Shown here piece by piece: positions 63,531 to 64,000 of a DNA stretch of 64,000 bases. Source of the stretch: Mizuhopecten yessoensis (Eukaryota); NCBI RefSeq assembly GCF_002113885.1, contig NW_018404790.1, positions 741,666 to 805,665 of the forward strand, in the 5' to 3' direction. The notes under the pieces were generated by a model. It saw only the letters and a list, made by a program, of their open reading frames with translations. It searched no databases and had not been told where the DNA came from. The position numbers and the translations under genes were made by a program. Numbering within the stretch: position 1 is the first letter of the stretch; each line of letters starts with the position of its first letter.

Positions 63531-64000
63531 AGTAGCTAATAGTACGAGCTGAAGGTTCCTGGTGTGGGTGTGGAAACTAACCAGTAAGGATGTCCCAGTG
63601 GTGTGTTAGGCTATAATTACTGTAATATTGATTAGCCACAGAGCCAAATTAAAGGACAATCACTTTATTGCCCTGTCACAGAAAATCCACACGGAAACAA
63701 GGCTATAGTAAATCACAGAACAACACAAGGCAAAGCAAGCAATCAGGCTAGGGCAGTTTATTGTGACATACATATGCATATTCCTGTGTAATGTATACCC
63801 CCTGCCGAGTCCAATCAAACCTTGATAAACTTAAAAAATGTACTGTGAAAGAACGTTATTATTTTGATAAAGCAAGTTATAACATGTTTACCAGAAACTG
63901 ATGTTTGGTTATGTACCAGATAATATTTCATACATGTACAATTATTGTGTACTTTGTAGATTTGACTAGATTTAACTCCCAGTGTAAACTTCATGGATAC

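Noticed and set aside
52157-64000. Exon 4 of the alpha2-delta gene
   Set aside because: Candidate acceptors inspected (e.g. ~52636, ~60505, ~62030) gave no alpha2-delta-like peptide with a good donor; it probably lies beyond the window, though a small exon could have been missed by eye.

Overview
AT-rich eukaryotic (animal) genomic DNA with spliceosomal GT-AG introns, four N gaps and one short gap. The repeat content (Helentron/HINE-like elements with internal satellites, RTE-X-like LINEs, tRNA-derived SINEs, palindromic MITEs) points to a lophotrochozoan, most likely a bivalve mollusc (inference). The first 28 kb hold a cluster of four intact two-exon caveolin genes arranged -,+,+,-. Each has a 63-bp exon 1 and a 327-bp exon 2 and encodes 129 aa. 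The proteins are atypical: 13-14 Cys, two Glu in the intramembrane segment, Cys at the human CAV1 Pro110 position, and a very short C-terminus. Their exon 2 sequences show a patchwork of shared variants consistent with gene conversion. From 36180 onward lie the first three small coding exons of a voltage-gated calcium channel alpha2-delta subunit gene (CACNA2D family), which the ORF track misses; the gene continues beyond the window. Almost all other ORFs in the track are antisense shadows, tandem-repeat artefacts or LINE fragments.
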